From Leptospiraceae bacterium (GTDB taxonomy: Bacteria; Spirochaetota; Leptospiria; Leptospirales; Leptonemataceae), in contig JAVJNR010000005.1 of the NCBI GenBank assembly GCA_040217195.1, positions 544,001 through 608,000 of the forward strand: a DNA stretch of 64,000 nt, written 5' to 3'. The position numbers and the translations under genes are program-made. Positions 30,724 through 41,246 of the stretch are shown here, one piece after another. Position 1 is the first letter of the stretch. Every line of letters begins with the position of its first letter. The notes beneath the pieces were generated by a model that did no database searches, was not told where the DNA came from, and saw only the letters and a list, made by a program, of their open reading frames with translations.

Positions 30724-31104
30724 CTAATTCTGGAACGCTGTAGCGCGGCCGGATTGGCTTTCCAGGGCTAATAGGCGCTTTTCCAATTTCAGTATACGCG
30801 CTTCCAGTTCCTGGATTTGCTTCTGCGCTGCCCGGGCTTCCTGTAATCCCTTGATCTGCACCTTTCCGTCACGAACAATCAATTCATCACCTACAGTAAG
30901 TGGGCCCTTTATATAGACCATACCGTCCGCAGCTACTATCAGACTTGCACGGGCACCTATATGAACATCCCCGGACGGACTCACTTCCAGAACCATACCG
31001 TCGGTCATTCGAGTAGCTGAATATTCAGGACTGGCTGATGATGCATCGTCGCAGCCAGTCATAAATACTGGAATCAGAATTATCAAAACGGATAGTAGTT
31101 TCAT
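30724..31104 (-). CDS. Small lipoprotein with beta-repeat and C-terminal coiled coil
   Basis: ATG 31104 with AGGAG RBS; FMTG-C lipobox; GDVHIG/GMVYIKG/GKVQIKG repeats; QIQELEARILKLEKRL. Confidence 0.7.
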   Translation of the reverse strand: MKLLSVLIILIPVFMTGCDDASSASPEYSATRMTDGMVLEVSPSGDVHIGARASLIVAADGMVYIKGPLTVGDELIVRDGKVQIKGLQEARAAQKQIQELEARILKLEKRLLALESQSGRATAFQN

Positions 31105-31144
31105 TGTTTCTCCTTTGTTTGCCCTTTGTTTCGCATCTGGATAT

Positions 31145-32149
31145 TTATTCGGTTTCCTGAATCGAAATGGAACCAAAGGGTGCGCGTATGCGAAGAGGCC
31201 GATTGGGAATCTGCAACTCCTTCATACTATAATGGCCCGGAACCACATTGATTTCTCCGCCATGCTCCACATTGTCTAGCGCATCCTGCATACTTTTAAA
31301 GGGAGCCTCTATACCACCTGTGGATGGCTGTTGCATTGGACCGATGGAATCCAGGTATATTGTTGGACTTCCATTGGCATTGTTCAGCGCTTTCAGAAAT
31401 CCAGGATTCAAAACCGATGTGGCGATGTTGGGGCAACCTCCTCCCCGATGCGTACCGTAGGCATACAAGCTTCCGGAGCTCTCTTGATAGAGCGGAGATC
31501 CGGAGCTTCCCATGTGAGTATCCGCATAATGTATCAAATATCCAGGGCTGTTATGAGCTGTGGCAACACTGCTTTGCATGGTTCGATTTCGTTTTTTGCA
31601 GCCATCGAAGGTGCGTAATTCAACGCCAAAGCCTGTATTCTTTAGACTCTTTGACTCCTTTGCATCGATTCTATGGTTACTGAGTCTGAAGAAATTTCCT
31701 TCTATGAAATAAGAGGGCATCCCCTGAGCATTTGGCTGGATGCGAAATATAGCCCAATCCTGGGTAGTCGGCAGATCGACTTTCAATTTCAGGGATTCCT
31801 GTAGTATCTGAAATCTGTCAGAGTCAGCGGGCAGCTGAATCTCACCTTTGCAGCTGGAGGCCGGAACCTGAAATTGCACTTCATCGAATCTATAGTACCC
31901 CGATGCACAATGTCCGGCGGTGACCAGCCATCCGTTGGGAGCAATCCAGGCAGTGCAGATAGCTTCTTCTCTTTCATTGAAATATAGGCGACCGACTGGA
32001 TAATCTTGATCAGGGAGTCGATCGTCGGTATCACAGATGGTATTCATTCGGATTCTAGTCTCTCGCTGTTCAGCCATAAGACCGGACCAGAATACAAAAG
32101 TTAATAAAAGCAGTCCGACCATCAAAATGGAAATCATTCTGCGCTGCAT
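31145..32149 (-). CDS. Secreted trypsin-like (S1) serine protease with C-terminal DUF1565-like module
   Basis: TAGHC, QDWA, GSSGSP triad; GGIEAPFKSMQDAL...I-V-PG-Y. Confidence 0.88.
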   Translation of the reverse strand: MQRRMISILMVGLLLLTFVFWSGLMAEQRETRIRMNTICDTDDRLPDQDYPVGRLYFNEREEAICTAWIAPNGWLVTAGHCASGYYRFDEVQFQVPASSCKGEIQLPADSDRFQILQESLKLKVDLPTTQDWAIFRIQPNAQGMPSYFIEGNFFRLSNHRIDAKESKSLKNTGFGVELRTFDGCKKRNRTMQSSVATAHNSPGYLIHYADTHMGSSGSPLYQESSGSLYAYGTHRGGGCPNIATSVLNPGFLKALNNANGSPTIYLDSIGPMQQPSTGGIEAPFKSMQDALDNVEHGGEINVVPGHYSMKELQIPNRPLRIRAPFGSISIQETE

Positions 32150-32240
32150 GAATCAAATGAATGCAGTATGGCCAGGGTACTGTCAACTGAAAGGTCGGCA
32201 GGTCTGGCATTGCTTTCTTCCGATAGTTTTCTAAAAACCC

Positions 32241-32479
32241 TTGACCCTCAAAAGTAGAAGCTTAGCCTATTGGGGCCTTCTGACCTGCTCACTGACTATT
32301 CTGTGCTATCTCGCAGTGAATCTAACTGACTGTTTTTCAAGCGTAGTTGATTCGGATGATCGGTGGCATAAAGTGCAGATCATAGCTGGCCTTAGATATC
32401 ATTGAGAATATCGCATTTCAATACCGTTTGAATGGGCTTATTCCTGTTTCCATTCATCTGGTCTGTCCGGGGAGTATTC
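32241..32479 (+). promoter_or_regulatory. Putative sigma70 promoter and ~200-nt structured leader of the betaine operon
   Basis: TTGACC-N16-TAGCCT; five consecutive inverted repeats before the GGGGAG RBS. Confidence 0.4.
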
Positions 32480-34147
32480 ATGATCAAGACAGAGAATTCC
32501 ATTCATCGCTTTTATCTGTACGTAGTGCATCATCCGCTTATTTCATCTTCGCTAGTTTTTTCAGCATTGCTCTTGATTGGTCTGCTACTTCAGAATCTAA
32601 GCGATGAATTCCTGTGGCCCAGCTACGCAGTAATGTGTCTTTTCTACTCTGCCATGTTCTACGTGGGATCCAGAAGCGGAAAAAAAAGAGAAAACCTTTC
32701 AGACGAAAAAGAAGTGGAGGAGATGATTCTGGCCGGTCGCTCCCTTCCGCTGGGACTGGCTCTGTTCACAATGACAGCTACCTGGGTAGGCGGAGGTTTC
32801 ATTAATGGAACTGCAGAATCTGTGGCCGTGAATGGACTTGCATGGGCCCAGGCTCCCTGGGGTTATGCGTTGAGCCTTCTGTTCGGCGGAATCTTTTTGG
32901 CCAAGAAGATGAGATCCTACAATTTCTCCACTCTTCTGGATCCCATATCCGATCGCTTTGGCGATCGCATGACAGCGTTGCTTTACATACCGGCTTTACT
33001 GGGCGAAGTATTCTGGACTGGAGCCGTACTTACAGCCCTGGGTACCACGTTTGGGAGTATTCTTGGAATAGACTTTAATCTGGCCATTATTCTATCTGCA
33101 TTGATTGCTATTACTTACACTGCGATTGGCGGTATGCGAGCGGTGGCCCATACGGACGTTCTACAGCTGGGAATATTGATCGTGGGTCTATGGCTGACGA
33201 TTCCATTCCTCATTCCTGATGGAGCCAGCCTGGGCAGTATTTACGGAGATTACAAGACCGAAATGGGTCCCATGGCGAATCTGTTTCCTCCGCTGGAAGG
33301 CTGGAAAGACCCGAACTGGGGAGATTCCTACTTTCTATGGTGGGACTCTGCATTGCTTCTGATCTTTGGTGGCATTCCCTGGCATGTGTATTTCCAGAGA
33401 GTTCTTTCGAGCCAGAATGGGCAGGTAGCACGATGGCTTTCCATAGGTGCAGGTGGTCTTTGTATCGTCGCTGCTGCGCCAGCCATGATCATCGGGATGA
33501 TAGGAGCCACCACGGATTGGAATGCCCTGGGACTGGAAGGCCCGGAAGTGTCGGCTGTTGTACTTCCCTACGTATTGCAGAACCTGGCTCCTGCTTTAAT
33601 CGCAATCATTGGTCTGGGTGCACTGGCCTCCGCGGTAATGAGTAGTGCAGATTCTTCTATATTATCTGCCTCTTCTCTGGGTGCATGGAACGTATACAGA
33701 CCGTTTTTCGCAAAGGGAAATCATTCAGAAATTCCAAAAGTCATTAAACGATTGATCTGGATTGTAGGAGTGGCTGCCACGCTTATCGCACTTCAAGTTA
33801 AGAGCGTCTATGCACTCTGGTTTCTGTGTAGCGATTTCGTATATTGTATTTTGTTTCCTCAGCTTATTCTTGCATTGTTCGACAGGAAGACAAATACCAT
33901 CGGCAGTCTGGTTGGATTTATTGTAGCTCTATTCCTGCGTCTGGGAGGAGGAGAAGCTGTTCTGGGAATTCCGACATTCCTGCCCTATCCGATGGTTGGT
34001 GAGGATGGAGTTGTAAACTTCCCCTTTCGCACACTGGCCATGCTTTCATCTATGGTGACCATCATTCTGGTTTCCCGGTTGACCCATACCTGGTCTCCTC
34101 CAAGACCGCTGGTAGTAAGAAAAACCTCCGACAGTCAGGAAGCATAG
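32480..34147 (+). CDS. Sodium:solute symporter, high-affinity choline transporter (SLC5A7/CHT1)-like
   Basis: FTMTATWVGGGFINGTAE, QAPWGY, GGIPWHVYFQRVLS, AVMSSADSSILS, LCSDFVY; ATG 32480 with GGGGAG RBS. Confidence 0.88.
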   Translation: MIKTENSIHRFYLYVVHHPLISSSLVFSALLLIGLLLQNLSDEFLWPSYAVMCLFYSAMFYVGSRSGKKRENLSDEKEVEEMILAGRSLPLGLALFTMTATWVGGGFINGTAESVAVNGLAWAQAPWGYALSLLFGGIFLAKKMRSYNFSTLLDPISDRFGDRMTALLYIPALLGEVFWTGAVLTALGTTFGSILGIDFNLAIILSALIAITYTAIGGMRAVAHTDVLQLGILIVGLWLTIPFLIPDGASLGSIYGDYKTEMGPMANLFPPLEGWKDPNWGDSYFLWWDSALLLIFGGIPWHVYFQRVLSSQNGQVARWLSIGAGGLCIVAAAPAMIIGMIGATTDWNALGLEGPEVSAVVLPYVLQNLAPALIAIIGLGALASAVMSSADSSILSASSLGAWNVYRPFFAKGNHSEIPKVIKRLIWIVGVAATLIALQVKSVYALWFLCSDFVYCILFPQLILALFDRKTNTIGSLVGFIVALFLRLGGGEAVLGIPTFLPYPMVGEDGVVNFPFRTLAMLSSMVTIILVSRLTHTWSPPRPLVVRKTSDSQEA

Positions 34148-34148
34148 A

Positions 34149-35657
34149 ATGAAGTTTGGAACACTAAAAAGCTTTATCAACGGAAAGTACTCCGAAAAAG
34201 ATTCAGGCAGGTATATAAGCATAGAGTATCCGGCCACAAATGAAACCATAGGTAAAGCCTCCGTGGCCGATGAGGCAGAACTTCAGAAGGCTGTGGATCT
34301 GGCCAGAGCTGCGCAGCAGAAATGGGCAAGACTATTACCCGCCGAGAGAGCAAGGATCCTTCATCGCAGCTCCCTCTTGATTCGCGAAAAAAACGATGAA
34401 CTGGCAGCTCTGGAGGTGTGGGATACGGGCAAGCCCATCCAGGAAGCTCTCAGCGTAGATATAGTCTCCGGAGCCGATGCGGTGGAATACTTCGCCCATG
34501 CAGCAGCCCTGCTCAAGGGAGACTATTATCCGCTGGGAAACAACTATGCCTATTCCGTACCTGAACCCCTGGGCGTTGTTGGAGGAATTGGTGCCTGGAA
34601 TTATCCATTTCAGATCGCATGCTGGAAATCTGCGCCGGCTCTGGCCGGCGGCAATGCTATGATCTATAAGCCCAGCGAGCTTACAATGATGACAGCCCTT
34701 AAACTGGCTGAAATCTATCAGGAGGCCGGTCTGCCAGATGGCCTTTTTCAAGTTCTACTAGGAGATGCAGAACTGGGAAAGGCCATGGTTTCGCATCCAG
34801 ACATTCACAAGATTTCCTTAACCGGCGAAGTGGGCACGGGAAAGAAGATCATGGCCAGCGCCGCAGCAACTCTGAAGCATGTAACTCTGGAACTGGGCGG
34901 AAAGTCCCCACTGATCATTTTTGAGGATTCTGATATTTCGAACGCTGTGCAGGCAGCCATGATGGCCAACTTCTATACCCAGGGTGAAATTTGCTCCAAT
35001 GGAACCAGAGTCTTTGTACATTCCTCAATACAAGACAAGTTCCTTGCTGAATTAAAGCGCTGTTCCGATAAATTAATAATCGGCGATCCCATGGATCCAG
35101 ATACCCAGATTGGAGCTTTGATCGATGCGAAGCATTTTAAGAAGGTAAGGGGTTATATAGATTTGGGCATAAAAGGCGGAGCCCATCGATTTCTGGGTTC
35201 GGATGAATTGATTCTGAATCAATCGTCGGTTTCAGATAAGGATTATGGCCGAACTGTAAGTGAATTGAAGAATGGTAACTTTGTAGCTCCCACAGTTTTT
35301 ACAGAGTGCAAAGATGAAATGCAAATCGTATGCGAAGAGATTTTCGGACCGGTAATGAGTGTGCTTCGCTTTGACGAAGAGGAAGAGGTAATTCGAAGAG
35401 CAAACGATACACCTTTCGGTCTGGCTGCCGGTCTTTTTACCAAAGATGTAAATCGAGCTCATAGAGTGAGTCAGTCATTGCAGGCAGGAATAATATGGGT
35501 GAACAACTATAATCTCACTCCCATTGAAATACCATTTGGTGGGTACAAACAATCAGGGATTGGCAGAGAGAACTCCGTAGAAGCATTAAGGCATTATACC
35601 CAGATAAAAACCATTTTTGTGGAAACGGGTGATGTGGACTCTCCCTATCGGATTTGA
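34149..35657 (+). CDS. betB: Betaine-aldehyde dehydrogenase
   Basis: GAWNYPFQIACWKSAPAL, LELGGKSP, QGEICSNGTRV, EEIFGPV. Confidence 0.93.
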   Translation: MKFGTLKSFINGKYSEKDSGRYISIEYPATNETIGKASVADEAELQKAVDLARAAQQKWARLLPAERARILHRSSLLIREKNDELAALEVWDTGKPIQEALSVDIVSGADAVEYFAHAAALLKGDYYPLGNNYAYSVPEPLGVVGGIGAWNYPFQIACWKSAPALAGGNAMIYKPSELTMMTALKLAEIYQEAGLPDGLFQVLLGDAELGKAMVSHPDIHKISLTGEVGTGKKIMASAAATLKHVTLELGGKSPLIIFEDSDISNAVQAAMMANFYTQGEICSNGTRVFVHSSIQDKFLAELKRCSDKLIIGDPMDPDTQIGALIDAKHFKKVRGYIDLGIKGGAHRFLGSDELILNQSSVSDKDYGRTVSELKNGNFVAPTVFTECKDEMQIVCEEIFGPVMSVLRFDEEEEVIRRANDTPFGLAAGLFTKDVNRAHRVSQSLQAGIIWVNNYNLTPIEIPFGGYKQSGIGRENSVEALRHYTQIKTIFVETGDVDSPYRI

Positions 35658-35759
35658 GCAAGAGCATCAAGGCGCAAATGCAAAAGTAATTGAATTCAGA
35701 GCAAAAAGTAGTACCAGCAGAAGGTTCCATTCCAGAGGCTTCGAGAACAGGAGAAGAAG

Positions 35760-37439
35760 ATGGCAGATCTATATGATTACATAATTGTGGGCGGCGGTTC
35801 AGCCGGATGCGTTCTGGCCAATCGACTTAGCCAGGATCCGGACAATCAGGTATTGATGTTAGAAGCGGGTCGCCCGGATTATATCTGGGATCTTTTTATC
35901 CACATGCCGGCGGCGCTCACAATCCCCATCGGAAACAAAAATTATGATTGGATGTACGAATCTGCTCCTGAGCCCCATATGGATGGTCGCAAAGTCTATC
36001 ATGCAAGAGGCAAGGTGCTGGGCGGCTCCAGTAGCATCAATGGAATGATCTTTCAACGAGGCAATCCGATGGACTATGAAAAATGGGCCAGAATTCCGGG
36101 TCTTGAAAACTGGGACTATGCTCATTGCCTGCCCTATTTCAAGCGAATGGAATCCTGTATGGCAGAGAAACCAGCTTCTGAGTCCAGGCACAACACAAGT
36201 CCTCGAAGTCGCAGTCGTCCATTTCGCGGAATTGAAGGTCCCCTATGGCTGGAACGAGGTCCTGGAATCAATCCATTGTTCAGCGCTTTTCTTGAAGCCG
36301 CGGAACAGGCCGGCCATCCACGCACAGACGATGTAAACGGCTACAAACAGGAAGGGTTTGCCTTGTTCGATCGAAATGTGAAGCAGGGCCGACGATGGAG
36401 CGCTGCCAGGGCCTATTACCATCCAGTGAAGCATCGCAAGAATTTGGAACTACGAAGTAAGGTACTTACATCCAGGATCATTTTTGAAGGAAAGAGAGCC
36501 GTTGGAGTTGAATATAGAAAGGGTAAGAAGATCCACCAGGTAAGAGCTAAAGAAGTAATACTTTGTGCAGGAGCGTTCAATAGCCCACAATTGCTACAAT
36601 TGTCTGGAGTCGGAGAAAGGAAACATCTGCAGGATCTGGGAATCAATGTAGTCCATGAACTGAACGGTGTGGGCCAGAATCTGATGGATCATCTTGAGGT
36701 CTACGTTCAGTACAAATGCCTGAAACCAGTATCCATGAATCCTGCATTGAAACTCTGGCGAAAACCTTTTATCGGTTTACAATGGCTGTTTCGCAAGGGA
36801 CCGGCAGCAACCAACCATTTCGAAGCAGGTGGTTTTATTAAGAGCAACTCAAGGGAAGGCTATCCCAACCTGATGTTTCATTTTCTGCCCCTGGCCATTC
36901 GATACGACGGTTCCTCACCGGAAGGAGGTCATGGCTACCAGGTGCATGTTGGCCCCATGTTCTCAGATGCTCGCGGGCATGTGCGAATCAAATCCACCGA
37001 TCCTTCCCAGCATCCAGAAGTGTTATTCAACTATTTGAGTACAGAACAGGACAGAAGAGAATGGGTGGAAGCGATTGAAAGAGCAAGGGAGATTCTAAGT
37101 CAACCTGCAATGAAACCGTTTAACGGTGGAGAGATATCACCGGGTCCGGATGTAAAGACTCCAGAACAGATTCTTAAATGGGTGGCCGACGATGCAGAAA
37201 CTGCATTGCATCCGTCGGGAACCTGCAAGATGGGTCGAGATGATCTGGCCGTTGTGGATCCGGACACTTTCAAGGTCCATGGCATGGAAGGCCTTCGAGT
37301 GGTTGATGCATCTATAATGCCCATCATTACGAATGGCAACATTTACGCCCCGGTCGTCATGATGGCCGAGAAGGCTTCGGATGCCATTTTAGAAAATACT
37401 CCACTGGCACCTGAGTATCTGGATTTCTACAAAGCCTGA
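35760..37439 (+). CDS. betA: Choline dehydrogenase (GMC oxidoreductase)
   Basis: [43 protein letters not shown]. Confidence 0.95.
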   Translation: MADLYDYIIVGGGSAGCVLANRLSQDPDNQVLMLEAGRPDYIWDLFIHMPAALTIPIGNKNYDWMYESAPEPHMDGRKVYHARGKVLGGSSSINGMIFQRGNPMDYEKWARIPGLENWDYAHCLPYFKRMESCMAEKPASESRHNTSPRSRSRPFRGIEGPLWLERGPGINPLFSAFLEAAEQAGHPRTDDVNGYKQEGFALFDRNVKQGRRWSAARAYYHPVKHRKNLELRSKVLTSRIIFEGKRAVGVEYRKGKKIHQVRAKEVILCAGAFNSPQLLQLSGVGERKHLQDLGINVVHELNGVGQNLMDHLEVYVQYKCLKPVSMNPALKLWRKPFIGLQWLFRKGPAATNHFEAGGFIKSNSREGYPNLMFHFLPLAIRYDGSSPEGGHGYQVHVGPMFSDARGHVRIKSTDPSQHPEVLFNYLSTEQDRREWVEAIERAREILSQPAMKPFNGGEISPGPDVKTPEQILKWVADDAETALHPSGTCKMGRDDLAVVDPDTFKVHGMEGLRVVDASIMPIITNGNIYAPVVMMAEKASDAILENTPLAPEYLDFYKA

Positions 37440-37475
37440 TTAAAGTAGCTTGCCTCTCCCCAGGTAGAGAACCCA

Positions 37476-38936
37476 ATGGAGGGACCTTCGTCTAAATACG
37501 GAGTTTCCAGGAGAGGTTATATGACTCGTAAAAGGCTATACTTCGGTGCAGCAACAATTCTGTTTTTGTTTAGCTCCCTTTCGTTACAGGCAAAGCCCAC
37601 AGGTGACCAGGTCAGTGAGGCTACCTGCGATTTCAATCTACCGCAGGTACAGAAATATGTAGCCCAGGGATGGGGAATCAACGATCCGTTGAGTTCCGAT
37701 TCTGGTGCCACTGCCCTAACACTTGCATCCTATTGCTACGGTGGTAGTGCAGAGATCGCTGCCTGGCTCATTCAGAGAGGCGCAGATGTAAATAAGCACG
37801 ACAGGAACAACTATTCCAATCTGATGTGGGCCCTTCGCAGCGTAGATGACCTGGGCGATGGAATGCATAAGGTTGTATGGGATATGATCCGTCGAGGCGC
37901 CAGTGTAAACTGGCAGGATCCCACCACCGGTCGCACTGCACTTATGCTAGCTTCCAGCAACGGAGATCTGGACATGGTAAAGGACTTAATCCGTCGCGGG
38001 GCCGATCGAAATATGAGAACAAAAGGCGATTGGTGCATCTCTGACAATTATGATGTCCAATGCACCGCTATGGATTATGCGAGACTGGACGGTCATGTTC
38101 AGGTAGCACTCTATCTGGAAGGAAAAGATACAAACGCTTATGAAAGAACCCTTCATTACGCTGCCAAATCAGGCGATCTGGAAAAAGTAAGGTCATTGAT
38201 CCAATCCGGAGCTGATGTAAACGAAGCAGAAGAGATGTCGAAATTGACTCCGCTTCACTATGCAGCTAGAAGCAACAACCTGCCTATAGTAAAACTTCTA
38301 CTGAGTTCAGGGGCAAAACCATCTCCCCAGGATTATGTGGGAATCACACCTCTTCGAGATGCAATAGTAAATTATAGGAAGGAGCTGGCCACGGTTCTGA
38401 TTGAAGCCGGCGCTTCCGGAAGTTCCGAACAATTGCAAGGCTGCGGCGGCGGACTAACCGAGTTCGGCTGGGCCATGAACTACAGTCAGTATGATATCGC
38501 AAAGCTGCTTATAGAGAAGAATGCCCTGGATTTGAAGGGCGGCTGGTCTATCTTCAGAGAAATCGATGGAGCAAGCGAGGAGACTGTAAAAATAGCAGAA
38601 ATGGTTCTGGTTCGTGGCGCCAAACCACCGGAAGACTATATCTCAGTGCTTCAGAAATGGGAAGGTGAGTATGATTTCAAATTTGTGCCACAGATCATAG
38701 CACTGGTAAAGAAACATGAGCAAAAGCCAGTCATTCCAATTCCAAGTATCCTCATCCCGGATAATCCGGATTTCGAATCTGTGGCTCCTCCCAGTCCTGC
38801 AGCTCTCAAGAATCTACAGATTCGCAATCGCTCGTTGAAGCCGGACCCGGAGGTTCAGCGAGCCATCGACCGTAGCCATCAATTCTACGAAAAGGGAGAT
38901 AGGATATCTCCAGACGCTCACTTCCCTGCAAAGTAA
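37476..38936 (+). CDS. Secreted ankyrin-repeat protein
   Basis: Signal peptide ending SLQA; repeated GA-VN, TALMLA, TPLHYAA. Confidence 0.88.
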   Translation: MEGPSSKYGVSRRGYMTRKRLYFGAATILFLFSSLSLQAKPTGDQVSEATCDFNLPQVQKYVAQGWGINDPLSSDSGATALTLASYCYGGSAEIAAWLIQRGADVNKHDRNNYSNLMWALRSVDDLGDGMHKVVWDMIRRGASVNWQDPTTGRTALMLASSNGDLDMVKDLIRRGADRNMRTKGDWCISDNYDVQCTAMDYARLDGHVQVALYLEGKDTNAYERTLHYAAKSGDLEKVRSLIQSGADVNEAEEMSKLTPLHYAARSNNLPIVKLLLSSGAKPSPQDYVGITPLRDAIVNYRKELATVLIEAGASGSSEQLQGCGGGLTEFGWAMNYSQYDIAKLLIEKNALDLKGGWSIFREIDGASEETVKIAEMVLVRGAKPPEDYISVLQKWEGEYDFKFVPQIIALVKKHEQKPVIPIPSILIPDNPDFESVAPPSPAALKNLQIRNRSLKPDPEVQRAIDRSHQFYEKGDRISPDAHFPAK

Positions 38937-38941
38937 CGTCT

Positions 38942-40477
38942 CTAGCCCTGACCCGGGTTCGCCCGGGCATGGCTGAATGCTTGTTCAAAAGCATCGTTTA
39001 TTAAGGAAGGATCTTCAAGACCAATCGAAATTCGAAATAGGCCTGGATCCATATGCAAGTGCTCCAGTAGCTTCCGTCCATCTTCCGTGGAAACCAGTTC
39101 GTAATGAGCCAGATACATATAGAGCATAACCAGAGTAAAGTCTGTGCCAAATGAAGGCCCTTTCAATACCTGCAAAGAATCGTAAACGGACTCCATGGAC
39201 GATGCCACTTCCATGGTAATCATTCCGCCAGGGAGCACACTTCCATCATGCTTTCGGGCTATTCGATTGTAATTTTCAGCCCAGGGCCCACGATCTGCCC
39301 GAAATAACTTTCGCACAGAAGGGTTCTTCTCCCACAAATCTCCAAGGATATTCAGGTTCCTTCCAATTTGAATCATTCGATTCTGGTATCCAGGAATTCT
39401 ATGAGCCATACGATCCGAATCTGCAACATAGGGTACTTCCAGGTATTCATTTAAGGTACCTGCAATTTCATCGTGAAATCTGGAAGATGGATTCAGCATC
39501 ACAGCACCCATCATTACATCGCATGAGCCACTTGCAAACTTGGTCAGGCTTTCCACCACAACATCGCAATAGGGCAGCGCATCCACGCATACAGAGCTGC
39601 CCACAGAAATATCGGATAGCAAAGCGCAGCCTTCGGACTGACAAATATCATATAGTTCTGGCATGTCTGGAGTTTGCAGCAACGGATTTGTGGGCAGCTC
39701 CGTAATTACTCCGGCCACACGACCTGCCTGTTCCTTAATTACCCGTCGAAGTTCATTCAGATTACTCAGATCGTAGACTTTTTCCGAGGCAACGGCAAAT
39801 TTCTCCAGAATGCGAATGTTATCTACATAAAGCCAGCCCAGTTGAATCCAGATATCCCTTCCCTTCTTTTTCTGGATTTCCTGAATGGAGCGAAAGGCGC
39901 CATAGATTCCGTTCATTCCACTCACGGAAAGAAATACATCCCGTGTGTTCAAATGATTCAGGCCTGCCATTTCCTTTTGAACCAGCTCCGGTCCTGTACC
40001 TTTTCTGACACGCTCTTCGGTTTGCTCTTCTTGTAGCAAGTTTCGGTCCAGAAGAAACCTTTCCGCACGACGAGAACTAACCAGACAACCGGTATGCTGA
40101 ATAAAACTAAGCAAATAACCGGCCCTGGTCTCATCCTCCGGCAGGGGAAAAGCCACAATACCATCCTCTTCAATCAGTTCGGTTGTATGGTGACCGGCCC
40201 AGGAAAACAGATCATCCGCCGCTCGCCGGGAAGATACCACAACACATGGATTCCGGGAAAAAGATGGCTGAAAATAAGATACAAGTTCGGTGACGTAGGG
40301 ATGCGCAACAAAACGCGGATAACCGGATTTGATGCGACTCATGGTTTCTGAACGTTTCTCTTCGTAACCAATTACATCGGCCACAGCTGGTAGACTTACA
40401 GAAACTGCATGAACGGTACTGCCTGGAATCCTCCCGCCGACCTCCGGGATGGCAATCTTTCCGGAATCAATAGCCAT
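38942..40477 (-). CDS. PLP-dependent transsulfuration enzyme (cystathionine gamma-synthase, long type)
   Basis: HAVSVSLP, GYPRF, E-PTNPLL, ESLTKFASG, KGPSFGT, RISIGLE; ATG 40477 coupled to rpiA stop (TGATG). Confidence 0.85.
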   Translation of the reverse strand: MAIDSGKIAIPEVGGRIPGSTVHAVSVSLPAVADVIGYEEKRSETMSRIKSGYPRFVAHPYVTELVSYFQPSFSRNPCVVVSSRRAADDLFSWAGHHTTELIEEDGIVAFPLPEDETRAGYLLSFIQHTGCLVSSRRAERFLLDRNLLQEEQTEERVRKGTGPELVQKEMAGLNHLNTRDVFLSVSGMNGIYGAFRSIQEIQKKKGRDIWIQLGWLYVDNIRILEKFAVASEKVYDLSNLNELRRVIKEQAGRVAGVITELPTNPLLQTPDMPELYDICQSEGCALLSDISVGSSVCVDALPYCDVVVESLTKFASGSCDVMMGAVMLNPSSRFHDEIAGTLNEYLEVPYVADSDRMAHRIPGYQNRMIQIGRNLNILGDLWEKNPSVRKLFRADRGPWAENYNRIARKHDGSVLPGGMITMEVASSMESVYDSLQVLKGPSFGTDFTLVMLYMYLAHYELVSTEDGRKLLEHLHMDPGLFRISIGLEDPSLINDAFEQAFSHARANPGQG

Positions 40478-41178
40478 CAGGGTTCCAGAATTTTCACTCC
40501 AGAGGATTCTCCTACCAGGACTCTCGCAGGTCTGCAACGAGCGAATATCCCGTTCTCCACTACTCCGGAGATTGAGTTTAATTCCTTTTCCATGGCTTCT
40601 GGATGAAAGGAATCGAACCTGACATCCAGGATCAAGTTTCCATGGTCTGAGATAACAGGGCCGTCTTTTCGCAGGGCCATTCTTAGGCTTACTTCCCGGG
40701 CTCCCAGGCGCTCCAGTTCATGTCGAACAACGTTAATGGCCTGCGGCAAGATTTCCAGTGGAACAGGAGTCCTTTCCCCCAGACGAGAAACTAGTTTAGA
40801 GCCATCCACCAGGCAAATAAAGCAATTGGACAACGAATGGACAATCTTCTCCAGGGTATGCGCCGCCCCTCCACCTTTGATTAGATTCAGGGCCGGATCC
40901 ACTTCATCGGCTCCGTCCAGAGATAAATCCAGTTCCTCAAAACTTTCCACCGGAAATACACGAAGACCTGCTTCTCTGGCAAATTGCATGGACTGATACG
41001 AGGTGACACAATAATCGCATTTCAAGGATTCCGTATTCTGCAAACGGCCCAGTTCTTCAATTGCGATGGCTGCGGTAGAACCGGTTCCCAGACCCACTGT
41101 CATACCACTTTTTACATGTTTTACAGCTTCCAGGGCTGCAAGCCTCTTGGATTCTTTGTTGGCGTCCGGTTGTCTCAC
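40477..41178 (-). CDS. rpiA: Ribose-5-phosphate isomerase A
   Basis: GLGTGST, DGADEVD, IKGGG. Confidence 0.96.
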   Translation of the reverse strand: MRQPDANKESKRLAALEAVKHVKSGMTVGLGTGSTAAIAIEELGRLQNTESLKCDYCVTSYQSMQFAREAGLRVFPVESFEELDLSLDGADEVDPALNLIKGGGAAHTLEKIVHSLSNCFICLVDGSKLVSRLGERTPVPLEILPQAINVVRHELERLGAREVSLRMALRKDGPVISDHGNLILDVRFDSFHPEAMEKELNSISGVVENGIFARCRPARVLVGESSGVKILEP

Positions 41179-41246
41179 AATCTACGAGAATTGACAGTCC
41201 GGCCTCCGGTCAAACGCTTTCCCGGGCCTGGAATCTACGGCTACAC

